Position numbers and translations under genes: made by a program. A stretch of DNA of 64,000 nt. Origin: Gemmatimonadaceae bacterium. Its GTDB lineage: Bacteria > Gemmatimonadota > Gemmatimonadetes > Gemmatimonadales > Gemmatimonadaceae. Positions 18,002 to 27,236 of this stretch are shown piece by piece. Where the stretch lies: positions 18,565 to 82,564 of the forward strand of contig JAICLZ010000002.1 in NCBI GenBank assembly GCA_025929535.1, written 5' to 3'. The notes beneath the pieces are model-generated. The model saw nothing but the letters and a program-made list of their open reading frames with translations, had not been told where the DNA came from and did no database searches. Numbering within the stretch: the first letter of the stretch is position 1; each line of letters opens with the position of its first letter.

Positions 18002-21000
18002 CTACGCCTGAAGAACGATCGCACCGGAGGTGCGTCTGACGGGGCCGAGCATGGAGGCGGCCGCCTCCTCGAGCCGGTCGAGCTCGAACGGCTCCGCGAG
18101 CACCAGCCCCTGGAATTCGAGCTCGTCGCGCTCGGAGGCGTTGAGAAAGAGCAGCTTCCTGGCGAGTGTCTTCTGCTCGGACTCGAGCGATGCGAAGAAT
18201 GCCCGTGAGCGAATGCCCGGCGCATCGAGGTCGCACACGGCGACATCGAAGCTCTCGCTGCGGGCACACGCGAGCGCGGCCGGGCCGTCCGATGCGGCGG
18301 TGACGCGGAAGCCGCGAAGGCGTGCGAACGCCTGCACGCTGCCGCGCATCGTGGAGTCCGACGTCACGAAGAGCATGCGGATTCCGGCGAGCGGCGACGG
18401 GCTGGCCAGCACTGTCGCGACGCCGCCATTCCCCTGCGCCGCGGGGTCGAATGCCGGTAGCGCGACACGGAACGTCGTTCCCTGGGCGCTGCTCTGTGGA
18501 ATCGTGATCGTTCCGCCGTGCGCCGCGATGATCCCGTAGCTCACGCTCAGACCGAGCCCGGTGCCGTCGGCCTTCGTCGTGAAGAACGGCTCGAAGATGT
18601 GCGCGCGCACCGCCGGCGAGATGCCGGGGCCGCTGTCCGTGATCTCCAGCAGCACGCGATCGCCGTCCTGTCTCGACTCGATGCGCAGCGCGCCGCCGCC
18701 GGCCGGCGTCATTGCCTGCGACGCATTCGTGAGCAGATTGAGAAGCACCTGCTGGATCTGGCGCGCGTCGGCGGTGACGTAGGGCAGATCCTCCGCGAGC
18801 ACGGTCTCGCACACCACGCCGCGCGACGTGAGATCGTGCATGCGCAGGCGCATCGTCCGCTCGACGAGCTCGTTCATGCAGATCGTGCCCACCTCGTTCT
18901 CGCTGCGCCGCGCGAAGGTGAGCAGATCGCGCACCACCTGCGAGGCGCGCATCGTCTCGCTCCGAATCACCTCCACCGACTCGCGCTGCGACTCCGTCAG
19001 CGCATCGCGCTCGAGGATCTGCGCGAAGGCGCTGATCGTGCTGAGCGGGTTGTTCACCTCGTGCGCCACGCCCGCGAGCAGCTCGCCCGCACTCGCCAGA
19101 CGCTCACTCTCGGCGAGCCTCGCGCGCATCTCCCTGTCGGCCGTCATATCGCGGCCCACGACGAGCATCTGCGGAGGATCCGTCTCGGGAAGCAGCCGTG
19201 CCGCGAAGGACGCGATCCGTACACTGTGGCCGTGCCACACGCGCACCTCGAACCGTGCCTCGCGCCCACCCATCACGCGCGTGATCTGATCGTCGAGATG
19301 CGAGCGATCCTCGGAGAGCACGAGATCCTCCAGCATTCGGCCCACGAGCTGCACGGGCTGCAGGCCGACGAGATCCTGCACGGCGTCGTTCGCCTCGCGA
19401 ATGCGTCCGCTCTGCAGTATGGTGAGCACGGCGTCCGGCGCAGCGCGGAAGAGGGTGCGGAAACGCCATTCGGTCTTGCGCAGCGTCTCCACCAGCTCCG
19501 CATTCGCCAGCGCGACGGACAGGAGATCCGCCATCGCCTCCACGTGCGCCACTTCGCGCTCGGTGATCACGCGCGGCTCGCGGGAGAAGAGCAGCATCGC
19601 TCCGATGCGCTCGGCGCGGCGGTGGAGCGGAATGACGACCACTCCGCGCGCCTCCGTACACACCATCACGTCGTCGCCCGCACGCTCCGCCCGCGCATCG
19701 CTCGTGGTCCACGGATGTCCGTTGCGCGCGACGCGGCCGAGCGTGCTCTCCTGCACGGCGAACGACGCGTCCGCGAGGGCTTTGCCCTGGCCGTGCGTGG
19801 TCGTGATCGAGATGCGCTCGTCGGTGACGAGGCCGATCGCTCCGCCATCGGCGCGCATCACGTCCACCGAAGCCTCGAGAAAGCGCTGCAGCACCTTCGA
19901 CGGATTGAGCTCGAGCGCGATCTGCTGCCCGAGGGCCCACATGCGCTGGAGCACGCGATGCGCCTCGGCCAGCTCCTCCGTGCGCAGCGCCACGCGCTGC
20001 TCGAGTATCCCCGACAGCTCGCGCTCGGCGAGCGCGACGTGCTCGAGCACCACCGTGGTGCGCTGTTGTGTGAAGAGCGCGTGCCCGGCGCGCATCGCGA
20101 GCAGCACGCCGAACGCGAGCAGTGCTACGCCGAGCAGCGGGTTCGCATCGCCGCTGAAGGCGACGGTGGCGCCGCTCCAGGAGGCGATCAGAATCGCGGC
20201 AACGATCGAGAAGGTGCGCACCTTCGCCGACTCGCTCTCGTACATCGGCATTTCGCGCGACTCGCCGAGAGGCTGCTGCGGGCGTGGCGCAATCGCCCAG
20301 AGGAGGCACATTTCCGTGAGCGTCCAGAGCGCGATGACCGATCGCGGTACCGGCATCCCCTCGAGCAGCACGATGCGGCTGTAGAGAAAGCTCGCGAGCG
20401 CGAGCGCCACGAGGCCGAGCGAGATCCCCGAGGCGAGGCGGGCGCCGAGTGCTTCGCCGCGCCAGATGAGGAGCAGCGTGACCAGCACCATGTTCGCGGC
20501 GGCGAGGATGTTCCACGCGAACGCGAAGGTGCGCAGAAGCGTACTCGCAGACGACGTGCTGCTCATGCCGAGATCCGCCTGCACCACGAGCATCGACACG
20601 GCCACGGAGAGGAGCAGCGCATCGATCAGCGCCTCGAAGCGCATCCAGTTGCGATGCCGGTAGCGCGCGAGCACCACCGTGAGCCCGATGAGGATGGCGA
20701 TCTGCATGATCGTCCCCGTCGTCGCTTCGAGCAGCGGGCGCACGGGCTCGACGCCGTGCTCGAGGACGTACGTGATCCACGACAGGCGGCCCATGAGCGC
20801 GAAGGAGCCGGCGATGCCGGTCGCGAGGCAGATCGTGCGCCGCGTGCCGGTAGCCGAGCGCGCAATCACGACGGCGGCGACGATGACGCCGAGCGTCTGC
20901 ACGGCGACGAGCATGTCCGCCATCAGCGCCGCCCGTTGATTCCAGGGGTACGCGAGCAGCAGGAACAGGAGGGTGACCGAACACATCCCGAGCGTCGGAC

Positions 21001-21079
21001 CCGCAAGGGAGGTGGGCAGCCAGCGCGGATGGGGGCGCGTCATCCAGCTATAGACGCGCGACACCCGCGCTGGTTGCAC
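18002..21079 (-). CDS. Hybrid sensor histidine kinase (multi-TM sensor, GAF, PAS, HisKA, HATPase_c, receiver)
   Basis: About 330 aa of N-terminal TM helices. H-box AGVAHEVNNPL and N/G boxes LLNLLTNA, DSGPGI and GTGLGLS. C-terminal receiver-like domain (IRMLFVTSD...VAVCDLD). The start could be 21079 or an internal Met. Confidence 0.9.
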   Translation of the reverse strand: MQPARVSRVYSWMTRPHPRWLPTSLAGPTLGMCSVTLLFLLLAYPWNQRAALMADMLVAVQTLGVIVAAVVIARSATGTRRTICLATGIAGSFALMGRLSWITYVLEHGVEPVRPLLEATTGTIMQIAILIGLTVVLARYRHRNWMRFEALIDALLLSVAVSMLVVQADLGMSSTSSASTLLRTFAFAWNILAAANMVLVTLLLIWRGEALGARLASGISLGLVALALASFLYSRIVLLEGMPVPRSVIALWTLTEMCLLWAIAPRPQQPLGESREMPMYESESAKVRTFSIVAAILIASWSGATVAFSGDANPLLGVALLAFGVLLAMRAGHALFTQQRTTVVLEHVALAERELSGILEQRVALRTEELAEAHRVLQRMWALGQQIALELNPSKVLQRFLEASVDVMRADGGAIGLVTDERISITTTHGQGKALADASFAVQESTLGRVARNGHPWTTSDARAERAGDDVMVCTEARGVVVIPLHRRAERIGAMLLFSREPRVITEREVAHVEAMADLLSVALANAELVETLRKTEWRFRTLFRAAPDAVLTILQSGRIREANDAVQDLVGLQPVQLVGRMLEDLVLSEDRSHLDDQITRVMGGREARFEVRVWHGHSVRIASFAARLLPETDPPQMLVVGRDMTADREMRARLAESERLASAGELLAGVAHEVNNPLSTISAFAQILERDALTESQRESVEVIRSETMRASQVVRDLLTFARRSENEVGTICMNELVERTMRLRMHDLTSRGVVCETVLAEDLPYVTADARQIQQVLLNLLTNASQAMTPAGGGALRIESRQDGDRVLLEITDSGPGISPAVRAHIFEPFFTTKADGTGLGLSVSYGIIAAHGGTITIPQSSAQGTTFRVALPAFDPAAQGNGGVATVLASPSPLAGIRMLFVTSDSTMRGSVQAFARLRGFRVTAASDGPAALACARSESFDVAVCDLDAPGIRSRAFFASLESEQKTLARKLLFLNASERDELEFQGLVLAEPFELDRLEEAAASMLGPVRRTSGAIVLQA

Positions 21080-21082
21080 CCC

Positions 21083-23593
21083 TTAGAATCCGGCGCGCAC
21101 CCCGGCGTAGACGCTCCGCCCAATCCCCGGAATTATGCCAGGACCGGGGTATTCCGAGGTTCGCATCGTGAAGTACGACAGGTTGGCAACGTTGTTGACG
21201 CCCAAGTCGAGCCCGAGCACGCGCGTCAGCTGCCATTTGGCGGAGATATCCAGCAGCTGATACGCGGGCACGGTCCCCACGTCGGCGTCCGCGCTCGCAA
21301 CGGTGTTGTTCGCATCGGTGAACTGCCGTGACACGTAGCTCCACTGCAGGCCGAGCGTGCCGCGCCCGCGCGCGTAGGTGACGCCAGCCCGGTTCACGAC
21401 CGAGGGCGCGAACTCCACGGCGTTGCCGGCGAACTCGCCACTCGTGTAGCGCGCGTGTGTGTAGCCGAGCGCGTCGTACAGGTCGAGCGAGCCCGCGGAT
21501 CGATCGCCATGCAGCAGCGACGTGAGCGACAGATTCACGTAGGCCTCGATGCCCCGGTGCGCGCTCGTGGCCACGTTGGTGCGCTCGGTGAACGGCGTGC
21601 CTGCGGAGTCGATGCCCGAGATGAGGCCGATGCGATTTCTGTAGACGAGGTCGAACACACCGACGTCGAACTGCACCACGTCGCCGAGCGAGCCGCGCCA
21701 GCCGAGGTCGAGATTGTAGCCCTTCGGATCCTCGAGCTTCGGATCGATGCGGGTGAGGCTCGCGAATGGTGTCAGAAACGAATACTCGATGGGTCGATAG
21801 GCCTGGGTCGCGTTCGCGTAGATGCTCGTGCTCGCGGACGCCTGGTACTGTGCACCGGCGCCGAAGAGCACGAAGGTGCGATTCTTCGCCGGGGGCGAGA
21901 CGGTGGTGTCGGTGTGGCCGCGCGCGGTGGAATGGAGAAACTCGATGCGCGCGCCGGGGGTGATCGACAGCTTCGGCGTGATGTGGAGCTCGTTCTCCGC
22001 GAACGCTGCCGCGTTGACGTTGCCGAACGTCATGTCAGTCTCGTACGGCCCGCCCACGAGATGCATGTCGAAATCGGAGCCGGTGCTTCCGGGGCCGCCT
22101 TCCTGCCGGTGCAGATCACCGCCGAACATGCGGAGGCCGGTCGCGATCGCGTGCGACTGGCCGAAGAGCGTGTAGCTGTGAACGAGCCGCGTCTCGCTGG
22201 TGAGATTGGTGAAGTACTCCCACTCGAGCTCGCGGGGGACGAAGTCGTTGGTCTCCGGATCGATGCCGTCGACGGCGGAGGGGCCGCCGTCCTCGTTGCG
22301 CCACACGAGATAGCGCTGGCTGCTCATGAACGAGAGCGATGACGTGATGCGCGTGCTCGCGGAGAGCTCGTAATCGCCATCGAGGGCGACGATGTTCCAG
22401 GGGCTCGCGAGCCAGTTGCGCGAACGATACGATGCGCGCGCATCCGCGTTGAACTGGGCATCGTCGAGACCACCGGGCATGTGGATGCGGTTGCGCAGCA
22501 GCGAATACGAGAGGCCGAGCGACAGCCGGTCGCTGGCGTGGTACGTCAGCTTCCCCGCTGCCGACAGCTGCGACAGATCGGAGCTCGGGCGCCAGCCGTT
22601 CTGCGAGCGATACTGCCCGTACGCGAAGTACGTCCACTTCTCTTTCCCGCCCTCGAGCGAGAGGAAGGAGTTGAACATCCCGAAGCTTCCGCCGGTCTCG
22701 CGCGCCTTGATGGAGAGCTTCGAGTTGGGCGCACCGTCCCGCAGCACGTAGTCGATGACGCCCCCGAACTGCGGCCCGAACTGCAGCGACGAGCTCCCGC
22801 GCACCAGCTCCACGCGCTCCATCGCCTCGGCCGGCGGCGTGTAGTAGGTCTCGGGATAGCCGTACAGATCGGCGACGATGTTCACGCCGTCCTGGCGCAC
22901 GTTCATCTCCACGGACTGCACGGGATTGAGTCCGCGAAACGCGATGCCGTTGGACGGGAAGCCACTGCTCGCGGTCTCGGTGACGTTGGCGCCGGGCGCA
23001 CGCGAAAAGAGCTGCCGCGACACATCCTGGGCGCTGTTCATCGGCAGGCTGTCGACCTCGATCCCCTCCGTCTTTTTCCCGGCGAATATCTCGGTGCCGC
23101 GAATGTCGGGAAGGCTGCCGATCGTCGGCCGGCGAGGGACGTCCCTCGCCGTGACGATCACCGGTTGCAGCTCGGACGCTGCGGTCGTCTCGCCGCGCGG
23201 CCGCAGCACGACATCGAGCGTGACCGCGCCCTCGTGCACGCTCACGACGACGCGCCGCGGGCCGAGCGAATCACGCTCGACGGTGAGCACGTACGAGCCC
23301 GCGCTCACGTTCGCGAGCGTGAACCGGCCAGCGGCGGTGGTCGTGTCGGTGCGCTGCGCTGGGGCGCTCCCCTCGATCCCGGCGAGCGTCACCAGCACAC
23401 CCGCGAGCGGCCGTCCGGCGCTGTCGTGCACCACTCCGGACACCGAGCCCTGCGTTTCGGTCGAAGCGGCAGGCACCGCGCGACCCTCTCCCTGCGCTTG
23501 CGCCGTACCGGAGCTGGCCACACACCACGCGAGCACTGCAAACAGCACGCGCGGCCGAACCAGCGGGCCGCAGCGAAGTGCACTTTCTTTCAT
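21083..23593 (-). CDS. TonB-dependent receptor (siderophore-receptor-like) with carboxypeptidase-regulatory N-domain
   Basis: Signal peptide ending TAQAQG, a CarboxypepD_reg segment (VSGVVHDSAGRPLAGVLVTL...GSYVLTVE) and plug motifs. The terminal beta-strand is SVYAGVRAGF. Confidence 0.9.
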   Translation of the reverse strand: MKESALRCGPLVRPRVLFAVLAWCVASSGTAQAQGEGRAVPAASTETQGSVSGVVHDSAGRPLAGVLVTLAGIEGSAPAQRTDTTTAAGRFTLANVSAGSYVLTVERDSLGPRRVVVSVHEGAVTLDVVLRPRGETTAASELQPVIVTARDVPRRPTIGSLPDIRGTEIFAGKKTEGIEVDSLPMNSAQDVSRQLFSRAPGANVTETASSGFPSNGIAFRGLNPVQSVEMNVRQDGVNIVADLYGYPETYYTPPAEAMERVELVRGSSSLQFGPQFGGVIDYVLRDGAPNSKLSIKARETGGSFGMFNSFLSLEGGKEKWTYFAYGQYRSQNGWRPSSDLSQLSAAGKLTYHASDRLSLGLSYSLLRNRIHMPGGLDDAQFNADARASYRSRNWLASPWNIVALDGDYELSASTRITSSLSFMSSQRYLVWRNEDGGPSAVDGIDPETNDFVPRELEWEYFTNLTSETRLVHSYTLFGQSHAIATGLRMFGGDLHRQEGGPGSTGSDFDMHLVGGPYETDMTFGNVNAAAFAENELHITPKLSITPGARIEFLHSTARGHTDTTVSPPAKNRTFVLFGAGAQYQASASTSIYANATQAYRPIEYSFLTPFASLTRIDPKLEDPKGYNLDLGWRGSLGDVVQFDVGVFDLVYRNRIGLISGIDSAGTPFTERTNVATSAHRGIEAYVNLSLTSLLHGDRSAGSLDLYDALGYTHARYTSGEFAGNAVEFAPSVVNRAGVTYARGRGTLGLQWSYVSRQFTDANNTVASADADVGTVPAYQLLDISAKWQLTRVLGLDLGVNNVANLSYFTMRTSEYPGPGIIPGIGRSVYAGVRAGF

Positions 23594-23782
23594 TTCTGAT
23601 GATCCGGTTGGTATCGTAATCCCGAGTAAATCACTCTGGATTCGATTTACAACACCGCCCCTACCCTGTCAACGGTTTGGGACCCGACTAGAAACGGCAG
23701 GTCTCCACTTCCCCCGCTTCACTTGCCGCCCAAGGAAATTCAGCTCTCCATGTGCAACGCACCATCGCCGAGCATCGATCCG

Positions 23783-23937
23783 ATCCGTTTTCTCATCCGT
23801 TCGATCCGTTCAATCCGTATTTCAAAAATCGTTGATGTCTGAATCGTGCGCGCTTGCCCAGAACGGCAACAGCCGCTCGGGCTGGCTCTTACATTTGTGA
23901 GATACGGATGAAGAACGGATTGAAGCGAATTGAACGG
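23783..23937. repeat. Inverted arrays of ATCCGTT heptamers
   Basis: ATCCGTT occurs at 23783, 23795 and 23804, and ATCCGTA at 23813. The complementary copies are TACGGAT at 23903, AACGGAT at 23914 and AACGGA at 23932. All lie in a 474-bp lower-GC gap upstream of the TonB receptor. Confidence 0.6.
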
Positions 23938-24067
23938 AGACGGCAAAACTCTACGATTTCCATCGTCATCGCGCGGGAGCAAAGACAACCCATTTCTGAC
24001 TGGAAACGGCAGGGGCGTCGAACGCGTCACGCCGCGTACCGCGACATTGCCGAGCATCGGTTCGAGG

Positions 24068-25456
24068 TTACGCGCCGCTCACTGCTACAGCGGGGCTCCG
24101 GGTCTTGAACCAGATGTACAGCGGGGTCCCGAGCAGCAGAATCAGGAAGCCCCAGAACACGATTTGTGCTCCCACGCCCCACGTCGTCCAGACCAGGAAG
24201 AGGAAGCACACGAGCGCGAGCAGTGACGTCTTGCGCTGCTCCCTGATCGTGAACCGATGGAGATCGCGGCGGGCCAGCATGAGCGCCGCGGCCGAGTTGT
24301 AGAGGTACGGGAAAAGCGTGCCCAGATTCGCCAGAAGCACCGTGAAGTTGAATACCTCCAGAAGCGTGCTTCCCGGAATGAAGTAGAGCGTCAGCATCGC
24401 GCTCGTGATCACGCAGCCCCCGATCAGGGCAACGTACGGAGTGCCGAAGCGCGGATGGACGCGCGCGAACGCCGAGAAGAACAGGCCGTCCTGCGCCGCG
24501 CTGAAGGGAATGCGGCCGGCCATGAGGATCCATCCGTTGAGCACTCCGATCGATGCTCCGATCGCGGCCATGCTTACGAGGATCGCCGGGAAGCCGCCGA
24601 GCGTCTCGCGCACCGCGAGCTCGAGCGGGCGCGCCGAGGACGCGATCACATCGTTGGGCAGCGCACCGATCACCGCCACCGCGGAGAGCAGAAAGATCAT
24701 CGTCGCCAGGCCGTAGCCGAGCAGGGTGCCGAGCCGAATCGTGCGCTGCGGCGCCTGCATCTCCTCGGCCGGCACCGTCGCCGACTCGATGCCGGCGTAC
24801 GCCCACACCATCAGCGCGGAGCCGGCGGCCACCGGCGTCCACGTTCCCTTGGGGTGGAAGGGATGGAAGTTCGCGGGATTGAGCTTGAAGAGGGCCAGCG
24901 AGAGGAGCACGAGCGGAATGATGTTGATGAGCAGGATCGACTTCTGCACGCGCGCGCTCTGCTTGACGCCGATGATGTTGATCAGGCAGAGCAGCCAGAC
25001 CACACCCTGCGCGAGCACGAACTGCAGCAGATGGCTCTCCGCCAGCCGCGGCGAGAAGGCGACGGCGTAGCCGATCGCGCCGGTGACGATCGCCGCGTTG
25101 CCGACGACGGCGCTGAGCCAGTACATCCACACCGTCTGGAACCCGGCGAACTCGCCGAAGGCCTCGCGGGCGAAGACGTAGGGTCCGCCGGTGCGCGGAT
25201 AGCGCGGGCCGAGCTCCGCATAGAGTAGCGCGAGGAGAAGAAAGCCCGCGGCGGTGATGACCCACGACACGATGCCGATCGGGCCGGCCACGGAGGCCAC
25301 CGATGCGGGAAGTGTGTAGAGCGACGTCCCGAGCATGTTGCCCGACACGAGGGCGACGGTTCCGAACAGCGTCAGATCACGCAGCAGGGTGCGTTTCGGT
25401 GGCGCGGCTGCGGTCATCGGTGCCGGAGAAAGGGAGGGGGTGGCTAGCGGCGGCAC
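24068..25456 (-). CDS. APC-superfamily amino acid/polyamine permease
   Basis: 462 aa with about 12 TM helices and the N-terminal motif LFGTVALVSGNMLGTSLYTLP. The start is GTG 25456 or ATG 25417. Confidence 0.85.
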   Translation of the reverse strand: MPPLATPSLSPAPMTAAAPPKRTLLRDLTLFGTVALVSGNMLGTSLYTLPASVASVAGPIGIVSWVITAAGFLLLALLYAELGPRYPRTGGPYVFAREAFGEFAGFQTVWMYWLSAVVGNAAIVTGAIGYAVAFSPRLAESHLLQFVLAQGVVWLLCLINIIGVKQSARVQKSILLINIIPLVLLSLALFKLNPANFHPFHPKGTWTPVAAGSALMVWAYAGIESATVPAEEMQAPQRTIRLGTLLGYGLATMIFLLSAVAVIGALPNDVIASSARPLELAVRETLGGFPAILVSMAAIGASIGVLNGWILMAGRIPFSAAQDGLFFSAFARVHPRFGTPYVALIGGCVITSAMLTLYFIPGSTLLEVFNFTVLLANLGTLFPYLYNSAAALMLARRDLHRFTIREQRKTSLLALVCFLFLVWTTWGVGAQIVFWGFLILLLGTPLYIWFKTRSPAVAVSGA

Positions 25457-26271
25457 TAGCGGATGAGCATGAAGAAGCGATTGAAGCGGATCTTCCAGTC
25501 CTGGGTGTCGAACGAGAAGTAGATGAAGAGCGGGCGGCCGCGCACGTTCGCGAGCGGAGCAAAGCCGTAGTACCGGCCGTCGACGGACTCGTAGCGGTTG
25601 TCGCCCATGCTCATGAGGTGCGCGGGCGGAACGAGGAGCGGGCCCCAGTTGTCGTGCGACGGGGTGGCGGGCGGCGACCCGAAGCGCGAGCCCTTCACCT
25701 CGAAGCGATGCTGCCAGCCATAGTACGGCGAGCTGTCGTCCTGCGCGAGCGGCGCCGGGCTCGCACCGAAACCCTGCCGCTGCGCGATGCCGTTCACGTA
25801 GAGCATTCCCTGTCGCATGTAGAGCGTGTCGCCGGCAACGCCCACGGCGCGCTTCACGACTATCGGCGTGGGATCATCGGGAGAGAAGGGACAGCTCGTG
25901 TTCGGAATGCAGTGCTGCGGCGGCGACTCGTAGACGACGATGCTGCCCCGTTTCGGCGTGGTGAAGCCGGGGAGCTTGAGATTCGTGAACGGGATGTGCG
26001 GCCCGTACGACAGCTCGTCGACGAAGAGAAAATCGCCCACGAGCAGCGTCGGCTCCATGCTCTCCGACGGAATGTGGTAGGCCGCGATCAGGAAGATGCG
26101 GATGAAGATGAAGATCGCGACGGCACTCGCGAGCGACGTGAGCGAGGCGCGCGAGAAGAGTGGCTCGCGCGGGCCGCGGGGCGATCGCGCGGCGGCGACT
26201 ACGGATCGTTTGGGCGGTGTGCGGGTGTTGCGCTTCTTGGCTGCCACTCGACTGGAGAGCTGAGGGAACAC
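25456..26271 (-). CDS. lepB: Signal peptidase I
   Basis: Catalytic Ser box IPSESMEPTL, Lys box VVKRAVGVAGD, and the GDNRYESVDGRYYG box. Confidence 0.9.
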   Translation of the reverse strand: MFPQLSSRVAAKKRNTRTPPKRSVVAAARSPRGPREPLFSRASLTSLASAVAIFIFIRIFLIAAYHIPSESMEPTLLVGDFLFVDELSYGPHIPFTNLKLPGFTTPKRGSIVVYESPPQHCIPNTSCPFSPDDPTPIVVKRAVGVAGDTLYMRQGMLYVNGIAQRQGFGASPAPLAQDDSSPYYGWQHRFEVKGSRFGSPPATPSHDNWGPLLVPPAHLMSMGDNRYESVDGRYYGFAPLANVRGRPLFIYFSFDTQDWKIRFNRFFMLIR

Positions 26272-26329
26272 ACTGGAGCGGACGCTCGATATTCCGCGCG
26301 GGATCGGTGAGACACAAGCCCTCCCGTGT

Positions 26330-26381
26330 GCTGCATCGAGGGATGCAGCGAGGGGGCGCCCCGGATCGAGAGCGCCCCCTC
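26330..26381 (-). terminator. Tandem GC-rich hairpins downstream of the SWIB gene (candidate intrinsic terminator, no U-tract)
   Basis: GAGGGGGCGC (26350..26359) pairs with GCGCCCCCTC (26372..26381). GCTGCATC (26330..26337) pairs with GATGCAGC (26342..26349). Both stems are perfect. Confidence 0.4.
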
Positions 26382-26405
26382 CACCTATGTTCGCGACACC
26401 GGGAA

Positions 26406-26759
26406 CTACTTGATGTGCTTGTTGACGAGCTTCGTCATCTCGAACATCGAGACCTGCTTCTTCCCACCGAACACCCGTCCGAGCTTCTCATCTGCGTTGA
26501 TGTTGCGACGGACTTTCGCATCCTGGAGGCCGTTCTTCTTGATGTACTGCCAGAGCTTCTTCGTGATCTCGGTGCGGGGGAGCGGGCCCGAGCCGACCAC
26601 CGCGGCGAGCGCCTCATCCGGCTGCATCGGCTTCATGAACGCGGCGTTCGGCGTGCGCTTCTTCTTCGCGGGAGCCTTCTTCGCGGCTCTCCTCACCGTC
26701 TTCTTCTTGCTCGCCTTCTTCGCGCCCTTCTTCGCACTGCTCTTCTTTTTTGTAGCCAT
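26406..26759 (-). CDS. SWIB/MDM2 domain protein with Lys-rich histone-H1-like N-terminal tail
   Basis: The tail is MATKKKSSAKKGAKKASKKKTVRRAAKKAPAKKKR. The SWIB core follows (LAAVVGSGPLPRTEITKKLWQYIKKNGLQD...FEMTKLVNKHI). Confidence 0.8.
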   Translation of the reverse strand: MATKKKSSAKKGAKKASKKKTVRRAAKKAPAKKKRTPNAAFMKPMQPDEALAAVVGSGPLPRTEITKKLWQYIKKNGLQDAKVRRNINADEKLGRVFGGKKQVSMFEMTKLVNKHIK

Positions 26760-26997
26760 CGAGGATTCTCCGGAGTGGTGAAAGGATCTCGTTCATTCGT
26801 GCGGGAACGGGTCCGTCGAAGGCGGAAGGTATAGGGAGCCACGAAGGATGCAATAGGGCGAGACGACTCTGACGCCCGTGGAGAAGGCGATTTTCGCCCA
26901 TGGCGGGCGCTTCGCCATCGGGTGGAGGCACCCTGCACGAGTCGATTTTCCGCCCGGGGAAGCGCGGAATGAGCCGCGATTCGAGCGGCGCATTCGT

Positions 26998-27019
26998 ACT
27001 GCAATCGCACTGCAATCGC
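26998..27019. repeat. 11-bp tandem duplication ACTGCAATCGC x2
   Basis: Exact direct repeat read from the sequence. Confidence 0.8.
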
Positions 27020-27192
27020 GCGAGTGCGTGAGCGAGTCGAATTCAATTCGCGCCGTCGCTGGAGATCGCGAATCGCACCTGCTCTTCGAACGCGGATGCG
27101 AAGCCGCGCGAGAAACCGCGAGAGAAACTGCACGGGAAAATGCGCGTGCACGGATGTCGCACCGTCGAATCACGGATCCAGGATCGCACGCC

Positions 27193-27236
27193 TCGGGCGT
27201 GCGTCGGGCATGCGTCGGGCGTGCGTCGGGCGTGCG
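27193..27236. repeat. 11-bp tandem repeat TCGGGCRTGCG x4
   Basis: Four consecutive units with one G/A difference. The last unit pairs with the following GCACGCCC to form a hairpin. Confidence 0.85.

Noticed and set aside
18518-21331. 937-aa plus-strand ORF, and the 626-aa ORF 19104..20984, overlapping the hybrid kinase
   Set aside because: Both are low-complexity and Arg/His/Glu-rich with no motifs. The minus-strand frame carries complete GAF, PAS, HisKA and HATPase motifs.
23594-24067. Cobalamin, TPP or other known riboswitch upstream of the TonB receptor
   Set aside because: I could not find a B12-box (GCCACTG-like) or a TPP core (CTGAGA ... ACCTGA) on the minus strand. The class is left unassigned pending an Rfam scan.
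26915-26965. Weak resemblance of GGTGGAGGCACCCTGCACGAGTCGA to the reverse complement of a tmRNA/tRNA 3' end
   Set aside because: No T-arm stem, acceptor pairing or tag-reading-frame context could be constructed.
27193-27236. Tandem 11-bp repeats considered as a CRISPR array
   Set aside because: The units are far too short, are contiguous with no spacers, and no cas genes are in the window.
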